Part shown: positions 25,974 to 34,975 of the stretch, piece after piece
Layout of the letters: every line of letters starts with the position of its first letter
Numbering within the stretch: the first letter of the stretch is position 1
Assembly (NCBI GenBank): GCA_021162285.1
Contig: JAGGYZ010000063.1
Location: forward strand, 1 to 39,016
Source: Candidatus Fermentibacteraceae bacterium
GTDB lineage: Bacteria > Fermentibacterota > Fermentibacteria > Fermentibacterales > JCC-6
Direction: 5' to 3'
DNA length: 39,016 nucleotides
Position numbers and translations under genes: made by a program
The notes under the pieces: model-generated
Database searches by the model: none
Told to the model about the DNA's origin: nothing
Seen by the model: only the letters and a program-made list of their open reading frames with translations

Positions 25974-26536
25974 TGGCTCTGAACTGGCCCAACAGACTGA
26001 CCATAGCAAGAATTGTTATGGCTCCTGTGGTAATGATTCTGCTTCAGATGGGAACATCCGAAGCAAGGTGGGCAGCTTTGATCGTGTTCGTAACTGCAGC
26101 ACTCACAGATATGGTCGACGGTTATCTTGCCAGAAAGTACGGTTGGATTTCAAATCTGGGAAAGTTTCTGGATCCACTTGCAGACAAACTTCTTGTGTGT
26201 CTGGCCTGGATAGGTCTTTCTGAACTGGGCCTGGTTCCCCAGTGGACAGTTTACATAGTTGTGGGCAGGGAGCTGCTTGTTTCCGGTCTTAGATCCATTG
26301 CAGCGTATGCAGGAGTTCTTATCATGCCGTCAGGTATGGGAAAATGGAAAGCCGCCGTGCAGATGTTTTCAGTTTCATACTACATGCTTCTGTCTGTACT
26401 CAAACTTGATGCTATACCCCGTGCGGCATCTATCATTGGAGAGACAGCCATGTGGGCTGCTCTGGTGCTTACAGTTGTTTCGGCGCTTCATTATTTCTGG
26501 AGAAACAGAAACATTCTGCAGAGGCTGGGAATGTGA
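25970..26536 (+). CDS. pgsA: CDP-diacylglycerol--glycerol-3-phosphate 3-phosphatidyltransferase
   Basis: PNRLTIAR, DMVDGYLAR, GKFLDPLADK, RELLVSGLR, GKWKA. Confidence 0.95.
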   Translation: MMALNWPNRLTIARIVMAPVVMILLQMGTSEARWAALIVFVTAALTDMVDGYLARKYGWISNLGKFLDPLADKLLVCLAWIGLSELGLVPQWTVYIVVGRELLVSGLRSIAAYAGVLIMPSGMGKWKAAVQMFSVSYYMLLSVLKLDAIPRAASIIGETAMWAALVLTVVSALHYFWRNRNILQRLGM

Positions 26537-27009
26537 ACACAGTAACAAAGCTCTGGCGCCTGCGGTTTGTGCGTTTTTCCGGAGGAGCAGTTGCAACAAC
26601 CCTTGGAACAGGGTTTTTCCCTCTTGGCCCCGGAACGGTTGGCAGCCTCGTAGCGGCTGTGGCTTTCTACTACTCGCCCGTCAGTACACTGGCTCTTTTA
26701 CCGTTTGTTCTTCTGCTTGGATGGATCGGATGCGAGGCCGGCAGAAAGCTGTGGGGGGAAGACCCTTCAATTGTTACAATAGATGAGGTGGCAGGGACAT
26801 GGATTGCCTGTCTTGCGTCGCCTCCGTCATGGGGCCTAAAGGGTATTGCTACCGCATTCATTCTGTTCCGAATATTTGATATTGCAAAACCATGGCCGGT
26901 GAACAGGCTTGACGAAATGAAAAATGGAATTGGAATTCTACTTGATGATGTTGCTGCAGGGATCATGGCAGCTGCAGTGATGTTTGCTGCACACCTGGCA
27001 GGTCTTTAA
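26533..27009 (+). CDS. pgpA: Phosphatidylglycerophosphatase A
   Basis: PGTVGS, DPS.V.IDEVAG, FRIFDIAKPWP, GILLDD; GTG overlaps pgsA stop. Confidence 0.92.
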   Translation: MNTVTKLWRLRFVRFSGGAVATTLGTGFFPLGPGTVGSLVAAVAFYYSPVSTLALLPFVLLLGWIGCEAGRKLWGEDPSIVTIDEVAGTWIACLASPPSWGLKGIATAFILFRIFDIAKPWPVNRLDEMKNGIGILLDDVAAGIMAAAVMFAAHLAGL

Positions 27010-28214
27010 TGCTCTCTGAAGCAGTACTGATACTGGTTGGAGATGAGCTCTTAAGCGGGAGAACCAGAGATGTAAACCTGTACCGCTTCTCCGGTCTGCT
27101 TGCAGAAAAGGGTTTCCCTGTTGTTCATGCAGAAGTTGTTCGAGATGTGCGCAGTGAAATAGCTGCTGCAGTGAAGGATGCCGTGGGAGACGGCAGGGTT
27201 GTTGTTGTTACAGGGGGACTGGGCCCCACCGATGACGATATAACTGTTTCGGCCGTTGCAGAAGCTTTTGGTCTTCCCGTCTCCAGATCACCGGTTGCTG
27301 AGGAAATGGTTAGAAAACAGCAGCATCTGTACAGTTCGGTTCTGCCTGTTTCAGCACTGAAGCAGGCCGATATACCCCGCGGAGCCATTCCTGTACTGAA
27401 CCCCGCAGGGATAGCTCCAGGGCTGGTGCTTCCAGTTGGAAACGGAGTTGTCATCTGTATTCCGGGAGTTCCCTCGGAATCTTCAGCTCTTCTGCCCCTG
27501 TGCCTTGCTGAGGCGGGAATTGTGCCCCGCAAAGCAGAACTGATAAGGTTTGTCAGAACATGGGGGCTGAAAGAGAACAATCTGTTCGATTCTCTCTCTG
27601 ATCTGGCCGGGAAGCACGGTGTAGTTCCTGCATTCCTTCCCTCACCTGGAAGAGTTGATGTAAAGGTAAGCGGTTCCGGTGCAGACGGTTTCTGTAGAGA
27701 TGTTATTAAAAAACTTGGCAGCAGAGTTTACTCCACCGTCCGGGATGAAACACTTGAAGAGGCTCTTGGCAGTAAACTGATGAAGTCCGGATTCGTTCTT
27801 GCAACTGCTGAATCCTGTACCGGAGGGGGTATAGGCAGTGGTATCACAGCGATTCCAGGTGCATCCGGGTGGTATTCAGGCGGGGTTATTACCTATTCCG
27901 ATAAGCTGAAAACCAGGTTACTCGGTGTTCAGGAGCAAACTCTGGAGAATCATGGAGCAGTAAGCAAACAGACTGCTCTGGAAATGGCAAGAGGCGTTAG
28001 AAGGGTAACAGGAGCCCACTGTTCCGTGTCTGTAACGGGTATTGCCGGTCCCGCAGGCGGTACAGATCAGAAGCCTGTTGGCACAGTGTGGACTGCTCTT
28101 TGTTGCGGTGACACCGAAAGTGCATTCGTCTGGCATCTTGGCGGAAACAGAGAATCTGTCAGGGAGGGAGCAGCTGCCAGAGCACTGGGAACCCTTTTCG
28201 AATTACTCCCGTGA
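27009..28214 (+). CDS. cinA: CinA (MoeA-like domain + PncC NMN deamidase)
   Basis: GDELLSG, TGGLGPTDDDIT, PGVP.E, TAESCTGG, GAVS, TGIAGP.GG..KPVGTV. Confidence 0.95.
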   Translation: MLSEAVLILVGDELLSGRTRDVNLYRFSGLLAEKGFPVVHAEVVRDVRSEIAAAVKDAVGDGRVVVVTGGLGPTDDDITVSAVAEAFGLPVSRSPVAEEMVRKQQHLYSSVLPVSALKQADIPRGAIPVLNPAGIAPGLVLPVGNGVVICIPGVPSESSALLPLCLAEAGIVPRKAELIRFVRTWGLKENNLFDSLSDLAGKHGVVPAFLPSPGRVDVKVSGSGADGFCRDVIKKLGSRVYSTVRDETLEEALGSKLMKSGFVLATAESCTGGGIGSGITAIPGASGWYSGGVITYSDKLKTRLLGVQEQTLENHGAVSKQTALEMARGVRRVTGAHCSVSVTGIAGPAGGTDQKPVGTVWTALCCGDTESAFVWHLGGNRESVREGAAARALGTLFELLP

Positions 28215-28726
28215 GATTGTTTGTAGCTCTCGAACTGTCACAGGATACCACGCAGGCGATACAAGAGTGGCGTAAACCCATGGCTGACATGTTTCCTGTG
28301 TTGAGGTGGACTTCGGAGAATCAACTCCACATTACACTGAGATTCCTTGGAAACAGCAACCCGGATGATGTGATCTTTCAGATGAAGACGCTTGCCCTGG
28401 AGGAGCTGCTTCCAGTTGAATACACCCTGTCAGAAACCGGAAACTTTGGAGAACCTCCGTTTGTGATCTGGCTGTCCGGAAAGTTCTCCAGCAGTTTGTT
28501 TACCATGGCCCGCCGCCTTGAACACATCCCCGACGGCTACGGTAAAACAGGGGAGACCAGGAAATTCATTCCCCATGTAACCATCGCAAGAGTAAATCCT
28601 GGTGTGCAGTGTCCCCGGCTGAATCTTGATACATCCATAGGTGGAGCTGCGCAGGCGGTCAGCTTGATTGAAAGCGAACTTACATCCGATGGACCCGTTT
28701 ATTCAATCCTCTACAGCGTTTCGTAA
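28211..28726 (+). CDS. thpR: RNA 2',3'-cyclic phosphodiesterase (2H family)
   Basis: MRLFVA, two HxT motifs (HITL.FLG, PHVTIAR), SELT..GPVY; cinA-thpR-recA synteny. Confidence 0.9.
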   Translation: MRLFVALELSQDTTQAIQEWRKPMADMFPVLRWTSENQLHITLRFLGNSNPDDVIFQMKTLALEELLPVEYTLSETGNFGEPPFVIWLSGKFSSSLFTMARRLEHIPDGYGKTGETRKFIPHVTIARVNPGVQCPRLNLDTSIGGAAQAVSLIESELTSDGPVYSILYSVS

Positions 28727-28768
28727 TGCACTTCGTTTCCGCTGTATATTCCGCGTGTGAACAGGGTC

Positions 28769-28797
28769 TTGTTAGGGAAACATATGTTTACTATATT
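28769..28797 (+). promoter_or_regulatory. recA promoter with palindromic operator (candidate LexA box AAACATATGTTT)
   Basis: TTGTTA-17bp-TATATT; perfect palindrome at 28778-28789 in the spacer. Confidence 0.55.
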
Positions 28798-28864
28798 GAA
28801 TTCGATGGCAGGAGAAGGTCCCCTCATCAGGGTCACATCAGACTATTTGCTGAAAGGTGTTGCC

Positions 28865-29926
28865 ATGGCAGACAGAAAAGGCAGTGAAGCAGGCAGAAGA
28901 AAGGCTTTAGACGCAGCCTTCATGCAGATTCAGAAAAAATTCGGGCAGGGGGCAATCATGAAACTTGGAGATGCTCCCGAAATGCAGGTAGAATTCTTTC
29001 CCACAGGTTCGCTCTCTCTGGATATCGCGCTGGGTATCGGAGGAGTTCCCAGGGGAAGGGTCATTGAGATATTCGGCCCCGAGAGCAGCGGAAAAACAAC
29101 CCTTGCACTGCACATGCTTGCCAGCGCCCAGAAAGCCGGTGGGGAGGTTGCATTTATTGATGCCGAGCATGCTCTCGACCCCACCTACGCCGAAAAACTG
29201 GGTTTGAACATCGATAACCTCATGGTCTCTCAGCCCGGCAACGGTGAACAGGCACTTGAAATAACAGAAACTCTTGTGCGTTCCAATGCTGTCGCTGCCA
29301 TAGTTATCGATTCGGTTGCAGCACTTGTTCCCCGCGCAGAGATTGAAGGTGAAATGGGAGACAGTCATGTTGGTCTCCAGGCTCGTCTCATGAGTCAGGC
29401 TTTGAGAAAACTCACCGGTGCGGTTTCCAGGTCCAACTGCTCTGTGATCTTCATCAACCAGATCAGAATGAAGATAGGTGTGATGTTTGGTAACCCTGAA
29501 ACAACGACGGGTGGAAGAGCCCTGAAATTCTATTCAAGTTTGAGGCTTGATGTACGCCGGGTTGCCTCTATCAAAGATGGAGACGAAGTGGTTGGAAGCA
29601 GAACAAGGGTAAAAGTTGTGAAGAACAAAATAGCTCCGCCGTTCAAAAAGTGTGAATTTGACATTATGCACGGTCATGGTATTTCCAGGACCGGCGAGCT
29701 GATAGATCTGGGCCTGGAAAAAGAAATTGTTTCCAGGCGTGGAACCTGGTACTCTCTAAAAGGCACCCAGATCGGCCAGGGAAGAGAAAATGCCAGAAAA
29801 TACCTTGCCGCCAATCCCGAAGCTGCAGACAGTCTTGAAGCTGAACTGAGAATAGCCTACGGGCTTGTTCCGGATGAGCAAACTACCGAGGGCACTGAAA
29901 AAAGTTCGAAAGAGGCCCGGAAATAG
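28865..29926 (+). CDS. recA: Recombinase RecA
   Basis: [51 protein letters not shown]; ATG 28865 after AAAGGTG. Confidence 0.98.
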   Translation: MADRKGSEAGRRKALDAAFMQIQKKFGQGAIMKLGDAPEMQVEFFPTGSLSLDIALGIGGVPRGRVIEIFGPESSGKTTLALHMLASAQKAGGEVAFIDAEHALDPTYAEKLGLNIDNLMVSQPGNGEQALEITETLVRSNAVAAIVIDSVAALVPRAEIEGEMGDSHVGLQARLMSQALRKLTGAVSRSNCSVIFINQIRMKIGVMFGNPETTTGGRALKFYSSLRLDVRRVASIKDGDEVVGSRTRVKVVKNKIAPPFKKCEFDIMHGHGISRTGELIDLGLEKEIVSRRGTWYSLKGTQIGQGRENARKYLAANPEAADSLEAELRIAYGLVPDEQTTEGTEKSSKEARK

Positions 29927-30492
29927 AAACCGTTACTGAAGTAAAGAAGATCAGAAGGGGCAGGGTGTGCGTTACAATGCCTTCAGGCATTTACATAGTA
30001 CCTGCCTCCGGTTCACCGGAAAAGGGCTCCACAGTTGATCCAGAGATGCTTTCCGACCTGCAGAACAGCTGTGCCAGAGATGATGTTCAACTTTTTCTCG
30101 CGCATTCCGAACGATCATCCGGGCAGTTAAGGAAAAAGGTTCTTTCTCTTAGTTACTCCGGTACGGTGGCTGACAGCACGGTAGCCTGGGCGGAAGAGTA
30201 TGGTTTTGTGGATGACAACCGCTTCTGTACCATGTTTATAGCCTCGCGAACCATGGGTCTGGCAGGGCTGAAGATGGAACTTGCAAGAAGGGGTGTCCCG
30301 GAGGCGGCAGTTGAAACAGCTCTTGCTCCCATTTCTGAAACAGACAACATACAGGATCTTGTTCGACAGGTTTCAAAGAAGTACGGGCATCTTGAGAACC
30401 GTGAAACAGCCAGAAGACGGGCACTGGCCTGGCTTTCCCGCAGAGGGTTCTCCGGTGAAACAATTCACCGTGTACTGAAGGAGGCTCTTTGA
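29923..30492 (+). CDS. recX: Regulatory protein RecX (start possibly ATA at 29923; ORF track uses GTG 29965)
   Basis: [32 protein letters not shown]; directly downstream of recA. Confidence 0.85.
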   Translation: METVTEVKKIRRGRVCVTMPSGIYIVPASGSPEKGSTVDPEMLSDLQNSCARDDVQLFLAHSERSSGQLRKKVLSLSYSGTVADSTVAWAEEYGFVDDNRFCTMFIASRTMGLAGLKMELARRGVPEAAVETALAPISETDNIQDLVRQVSKKYGHLENRETARRRALAWLSRRGFSGETIHRVLKEAL

Positions 30493-31022
30493 AAAGCCGC
30501 AACAACCGTCTTTTCTGGACTGAGCTTGGAGCCCGACTGCTGGGTGAGTCCCCGACCAGTGATGTATCACAGCTCCCATCAGACATGATGGAGGCATTGA
30601 ATATACTGCCGGATTTGCCCGGGAAAAGTGCGGCTATGAGAGGGCAGGATCTTCAGGGCAAAAGGGGAAGATACATTTACACGCACACATGGAACATCCT
30701 GCGAGATATGGGTTTCAGCCGACCGCTGCGGTGTGAGGTATTTCCCGGAATAAATCTTTTTATACCATTTGTAAAAGGGAGCATTGCAGTGCTGCCTCAG
30801 GGCTTCCAGAACAGAATTCCTCCGGTACTCAGGGCGCATGCCCTGGTGGGGAAGAGTGCTGCTGTGCGTTCCAGGGGTTATCATCTCGTGGTATCGGCTG
30901 CTGTGTACAACGAAAAAGGCTGGAGTATACTATCCCGGGGCAGATGCTCTGTCTGTACTGTGGATAATTTAAAGCAGCTCATTACGGCACTTGACTTACA
31001 GCAGAGAATAAAGCAGATTTGA
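30489..31022 (+). CDS. Hypothetical protein
   Basis: TTG overlapping recX stop, with AGGAGG RBS; fills the gap to rplM; no family recognised. Confidence 0.6.
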   Translation: MKSRNNRLFWTELGARLLGESPTSDVSQLPSDMMEALNILPDLPGKSAAMRGQDLQGKRGRYIYTHTWNILRDMGFSRPLRCEVFPGINLFIPFVKGSIAVLPQGFQNRIPPVLRAHALVGKSAAVRSRGYHLVVSAAVYNEKGWSILSRGRCSVCTVDNLKQLITALDLQQRIKQI

Positions 31023-31148
31023 GACCCCTTGGCATCCGTGTGTCCGAGGGCAGGGCTGAGATACACCCGGCGGAAGCCGGAGCTCCTGATTGCTGACAGT
31101 AAGGTAAGATATAATAAAGAACCCAATCCCTTTTCGGAGGCTTAGATA

Positions 31149-31580
31149 GTGAAAACCTACTCTGCTAAAGCCGGTGAAATCATAAGAGACTGGTGGTTGG
31201 TTGATGCCACTGACCAGACCCTCGGAAGACTCTCGGCCAAGCTTGCCATGATACTGCAGGGCAAGAACAAACCGGTGTATACACCGAATATTGACACCGG
31301 CGACTTTGTCGTGGTTGTTAATGTGGAAAAGATGCGTATTACAGGGCGCAAACTTGATCAGAAGATCTATTTCCGCCACACAGGTTATTCTGGCGGTCAG
31401 AGAGCTACGTCCATGCGCGACATGATGAATAATCACCCGGAGAGAGTGCTTACACACGCCGTTAAGGGAATGCTTCCCAAGAACAGGCTCAGCAGCGCTC
31501 AACTGAAGAAGTTGAAGATATTTTCCGGTCCCGAGCATACCCATGCTGCACAGCAGCCCAGGGTACTTGAGATCAAGTAA
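31149..31580 (+). CDS. rplM: 50S ribosomal protein L13
   Basis: WWLVDA..LGRL, GKNKP.YTP..DTGD, HTGYSGG, AVKGMLPKN, HAAQQP. Confidence 0.98.
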   Translation: MKTYSAKAGEIIRDWWLVDATDQTLGRLSAKLAMILQGKNKPVYTPNIDTGDFVVVVNVEKMRITGRKLDQKIYFRHTGYSGGQRATSMRDMMNNHPERVLTHAVKGMLPKNRLSSAQLKKLKIFSGPEHTHAAQQPRVLEIK

Positions 31581-31592
31581 TCAGGGAGCATA

Positions 31593-31979
31593 ATGGAACA
31601 GTACACAGGAATTGGCAGAAGAAAGTCTTCCACAGCCAGGTGCTACCTCAGACCTGGTTCTGGAAAAGTTGTTATTAATCACAAGGCGCCTGGTGTTTAT
31701 TTCAGTGTGAACAGACAGAAAGATCATGCCCTTGAACCGCTGGAAACAGTTAAAGTTGCAGCTTCTTATGATCTTGTTGTTAATGTAAAAGGTGGAGGCA
31801 TTACCGGTCAGGCCGGTGCTGTGAGAATGGGGCTTGCAAGAGCCCTTGTTGAAGTCAACCCGGAGTTCAGGCACCCGCTGAAGGCTGCAGGAATGCTTCG
31901 CCGTGATCCGAGAGTTGTTGAAAGAAAGAAGTACGGACAGCCTAAGGCGAGGAAACGCTTCCAGTTCTCCAAACGTTAG
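31593..31979 (+). CDS. rpsI: 30S ribosomal protein S9
   Basis: GRRKSSTAR, GGGITGQAGA, RDPRVVERKKYG..KARK.FQFSKR. Confidence 0.98.
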   Translation: MEQYTGIGRRKSSTARCYLRPGSGKVVINHKAPGVYFSVNRQKDHALEPLETVKVAASYDLVVNVKGGGITGQAGAVRMGLARALVEVNPEFRHPLKAAGMLRRDPRVVERKKYGQPKARKRFQFSKR

Positions 31980-31989
31980 ACCGTACAAA

Positions 31990-32064
31990 AACACACACGA
32001 TGGTATGTGGCGGGTACCCGGTGTCCCAAAGGGATGGTGCCCGCTTCCATCGGAGGCAGAACCG
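31990..32064 (+). promoter_or_regulatory. rpsB leader (t44-like S2 autoregulatory RNA)
   Basis: ACACAC 5' motif; stems CGATGG/CCATCG and GCGGGTACC/GGTGCCCGC; 3' GGAGGCAGAACC; directly before rpsB. Confidence 0.7.
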
Positions 32065-32078
32065 AAAGGATAATCTAA

Positions 32079-33092
32079 ATGCAGATCCCCTCAATTCAGG
32101 ACCTGCTGGAGGCCGGTGTACACTTCGGTCACCAGGAGAAGAGATGGAACCCACGCATGAAGAATTACATCTTCATGGCAAGAAACGGTATCCATATCAT
32201 CGATTTGAAGAAAACCCAGAAAAACCTTGAAGACGCAATCAACCTTGTTAGTAAAATTGTTGCAGGAGGCAAGGATGTTCTTTTCGTTGCTACGAAAAAG
32301 CAGGGAAGAGAAAGTGTTCGGGAGCATGCCGAGCGGTCGGGAATGTTCTTTATGACTGAACGCTGGCTGGGCGGAACTCTTACCAATTACAACACGATCT
32401 ACAAAAGTATTCTCCGTCTTCAGGAACTTGAAAATATGGAGAAAAAGGGTTGGCCGCAGGGCTTTAAAAAGCGTGAAATTCTCCAGAAGACTCGTGAAAT
32501 GGAGAGAATCAACAAGTACCTCATGGGCATAAGGCACATGAAGGGTATCCCGGGTGCTGTGATAGTTGTGGATATCAAGAAAGAATCCATCGCTGTTAAA
32601 GAGGCGAAGAAACTCAACATCCCGTGTATCGCTATGGTCGATACCAACTGCGATCCCACTGAGGTAGACTATCCAATTCCTGCAAACGATGACGCGATCA
32701 AGTCCATCGATCTGATTATTGGAGCTCTTGCCGACGCTGCTCTGCTTGGAGCCGAAGGCAGAAAGCGCCGCGATGTTGAACCGCCTGTACCGCAGGATAA
32801 GATGAGAACCGAAAAAAGAACTGCTCCAGTGAAACCAAAGACTCCGGTGAAAGCACAAGCTCCGGTGAAAGCGGAGACTCCAGCGAAAGCAAAAGCTCCG
32901 GTGAAAGCACAAGCTCCGGTGAAAGCGGAGACTCCAGCGAAAGCAAAAGCTCCGGTGAAAGCAAAAGCTCCGGTGAAAGCGGAGACTCCAGTGAAAGCAA
33001 AAGCTCCAGTGAAAGCAAAAGCTCCAGTGAAAGCAAAAGCTCCGGCCAAAGAAGAACCCGAGGTAAAGGCTGCCAAGAGCGAGGAGGCATAG
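32079..33092 (+). CDS. rpsB: 30S ribosomal protein S2 with K/A/P-rich C-terminal extension
   Basis: LLEAGVHFGH, WNP.M, RWLGG.LTN, DTNCDP, PANDDAI. Confidence 0.98.
   Translation: MQIPSIQDLLEAGVHFGHQEKRWNPRMKNYIFMARNGIHIIDLKKTQKNLEDAINLVSKIVAGGKDVLFVATKKQGRESVREHAERSGMFFMTERWLGGTLTNYNTIYKSILRLQELENMEKKGWPQGFKKREILQKTREMERINKYLMGIRHMKGIPGAVIVVDIKKESIAVKEAKKLNIPCIAMVDTNCDPTEVDYPIPANDDAIKSIDLIIGALADAALLGAEGRKRRDVEPPVPQDKMRTEKRTAPVKPKTPVKAQAPVKAETPAKAKAPVKAQAPVKAETPAKAKAPVKAKAPVKAETPVKAKAPVKAKAPVKAKAPAKEEPEVKAAKSEEA
32823..33050 (+). repeat. In-frame 18-bp tandem repeat (12 full units plus a partial one) encoding [AT]P[VA]KA[KQE]
   Basis: Consensus RCTCCRGTGAAAGCAAAA with a 54-bp higher-order period. 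Confidence 0.95.
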
Positions 33093-33094
33093 AT

Positions 33095-33691
33095 ATGGCC
33101 GTTGACGCAAAGTCAGTAAAAGAACTGAGAAAAATATCCGGTGCCGGAATGATGGAGTGCAAGAAAGCGCTTGACAAGGCGGATGGTGATATCGAGGCTG
33201 CTCTCAAGTTTCTGAGGGAACAGGGTGTTAAAGTCGCCGCCAAGAGAGCATCCAGACAGGCCAATGAGGGTCTTGTGTTTTCTTATATCCACGGACCAGG
33301 TAAACTCGGTGTTCTTGTTGAAATTAACTGCGAGACAGACTTTGTTGCCCTTACAGACGATTTCAGGAACTTCTGTAAACTTGTGGCAATGCACATTGCA
33401 GCAGCAGCACCGGAATATGTATCGCGTGATGAAGTACCTGCTGATAAGGTTGAAGAAGAGAAACAGTTTCTTCTGAAACAGCTTGCGGAATCCAACAAGC
33501 CTGAGAATATTAAGCACAAGATTGTTGAAGGCAGAATGGACAAATTCTATGGCGAGATCTGCCTTCTCGATCAGGAATGGATACATGACTCCGAAACTGG
33601 CAAAGTGGCAGATGCACTGTCGGCTATAGTTGCAAAAATAGGAGAGAATACAGTTATTAACAGATTTGCGCGTTTTCAGATAGGCGGTTAG
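33095..33691 (+). CDS. tsf: Elongation factor Ts (short form)
   Basis: VKELR.SGAGMMECKKAL, EINCETDFVA, AMHIAA, KIVEGR; 198 aa. Confidence 0.97.
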   Translation: MAVDAKSVKELRKISGAGMMECKKALDKADGDIEAALKFLREQGVKVAAKRASRQANEGLVFSYIHGPGKLGVLVEINCETDFVALTDDFRNFCKLVAMHIAAAAPEYVSRDEVPADKVEEEKQFLLKQLAESNKPENIKHKIVEGRMDKFYGEICLLDQEWIHDSETGKVADALSAIVAKIGENTVINRFARFQIGG

Positions 33692-33692
33692 T

Positions 33693-34415
33693 ATGAATGA
33701 CGGATCCGGTAAAGCTCCCCGGGTTCTCTTAAAGCTCAGCGGTGAGGTTCTGGCAGGTTCTGCCGGAAGCGGATTTCACCGTGATACCGTCTTCAGAATA
33801 GCCGAAGTTCTAGTTGAAGTTGCCTCTGCCGGGTATCAGCTTGGTGTTGTCACCGGCGGAGGGAATTTTGCCAGGGGCAGAGAGCTTTCCGCTTTCACCA
33901 GAACCCGGGCGGACTACATAGGCATGCTTGCCACAGTGATGAACTGCCTGGCAGTATCAGATTCCGTTGAAAAGCACGGCGGCAGGGCTGCTGTGCTTTC
34001 TGCTATTCCCGTACCGGAAGCCGGAGTCGAGTTGTTTTCTCCAGTCAGGGCAAAAGCTCTTTACGCTGAAGGAAACATTGTTTTTTTCGCAGGCGGAACG
34101 GGAAACCCGCTTTTATCAACAGACACAGCTGCTGCTTTAAGGGCTGCACAAACCGACTGCGCTGTTCTGTACAAGGGAACCAGGGTAGACGGGGTTTACG
34201 ATTCTGATCCTGAAAAGAATCCTGACGCTCAGAGGTTCAGCCAGTTAAGCTACAGAGAGGTTCTGAACAGAGATCTTCAGGTAATGGATGCAGCAGCAGT
34301 TGCAATTGCCAGAGACAATTCTCTTCCAATAGTTGTGTTCGACATTACAGATCCGTACAATTTTGTGAAAATCCTCAGGGATCACAGCCTGGGTACGGTT
34401 GTGAAGGGGGAATAA
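33693..34415 (+). CDS. pyrH: Uridylate kinase
   Basis: LLKLSGEVL, GGGNF.RG, ADYIGMLATVMN, GTGNP..STDTAAALRA, VDGVYD.DP. Confidence 0.97.
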   Translation: MNDGSGKAPRVLLKLSGEVLAGSAGSGFHRDTVFRIAEVLVEVASAGYQLGVVTGGGNFARGRELSAFTRTRADYIGMLATVMNCLAVSDSVEKHGGRAAVLSAIPVPEAGVELFSPVRAKALYAEGNIVFFAGGTGNPLLSTDTAAALRAAQTDCAVLYKGTRVDGVYDSDPEKNPDAQRFSQLSYREVLNRDLQVMDAAAVAIARDNSLPIVVFDITDPYNFVKILRDHSLGTVVKGE

Positions 34416-34417
34416 TC

Positions 34418-34975
34418 ATGTTTGATGAAATACTTCTTGATCTGGAGAAACGCGCAGAGAAAACTACGCACAACACTTCCAGAGAAATGTCTGTTGTAAG
34501 AACAGGCAAAGCCAGCCCTGCCCTTCTGGATAACATTCGTGTTGAGGTGTGGGGAGACAAACTTCCCCTTAAGCAGGTTGCAGGTATCAGTGCTCCTGAG
34601 CCAAGGCTTCTGGTTATCCAACCCTGGGATGCTTCCACTGCATCTGCCATTGCAAAGGCGATAGAGGCAAGTGATCTGGGTCTCAGAGCAAACATAGACG
34701 GTCCTGTTATAAGAATCCCAATACCAAAGCTCAGCGATCAGCGTCGTAAAGACCTGATAAAACATGTAAAAAAGCTTGCTGAAGTAGGGAAAACCGCCAT
34801 CAGGAATATCCGTCGGGATACAAATGATTCCCTGAAGAAGGCGAAGAAAAGCGGTGAGATAACAGAAGACCAGGAAAAGAAAGCATTGACTGAGGTTCAG
34901 GTCGTGGTGGATAAAGCAGTAAAGGAGATAGACAGGCTTCTCAAGCTTAAAGAAGAAGACATTCTTGAGGTCTGA
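34418..34975 (+). CDS. frr: Ribosome recycling factor
   Basis: RTGKA.P.LLD, IQPWD, IR..IP.L...RR, IRNIRRD. Confidence 0.96.
   Translation: MFDEILLDLEKRAEKTTHNTSREMSVVRTGKASPALLDNIRVEVWGDKLPLKQVAGISAPEPRLLVIQPWDASTASAIAKAIEASDLGLRANIDGPVIRIPIPKLSDQRRKDLIKHVKKLAEVGKTAIRNIRRDTNDSLKKAKKSGEITEDQEKKALTEVQVVVDKAVKEIDRLLKLKEEDILEV

Noticed and set aside
28757-28864. Longer RecA N-terminus
   Set aside because: Overlaps the predicted promoter and operator; ATG 28865 has an RBS and gives a normal RecA length
31051-31105. TPP riboswitch or hammerhead ribozyme (CTGAGA..ACCC..CCTGAT)
   Set aside because: Lacks the TPP P3 stem and 3' GCGNAGG, lacks the hammerhead GAAA core, and no thiamine gene follows
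32823-33050. CRISPR array
   Set aside because: Head-to-tail 18-bp units with no unique spacers, in frame within rpsB, and no cas genes
32091-33110. 339-aa antisense ORF with RSFCFH repeats
   Set aside because: Shadow of rpsB and its repeat on the opposite strand
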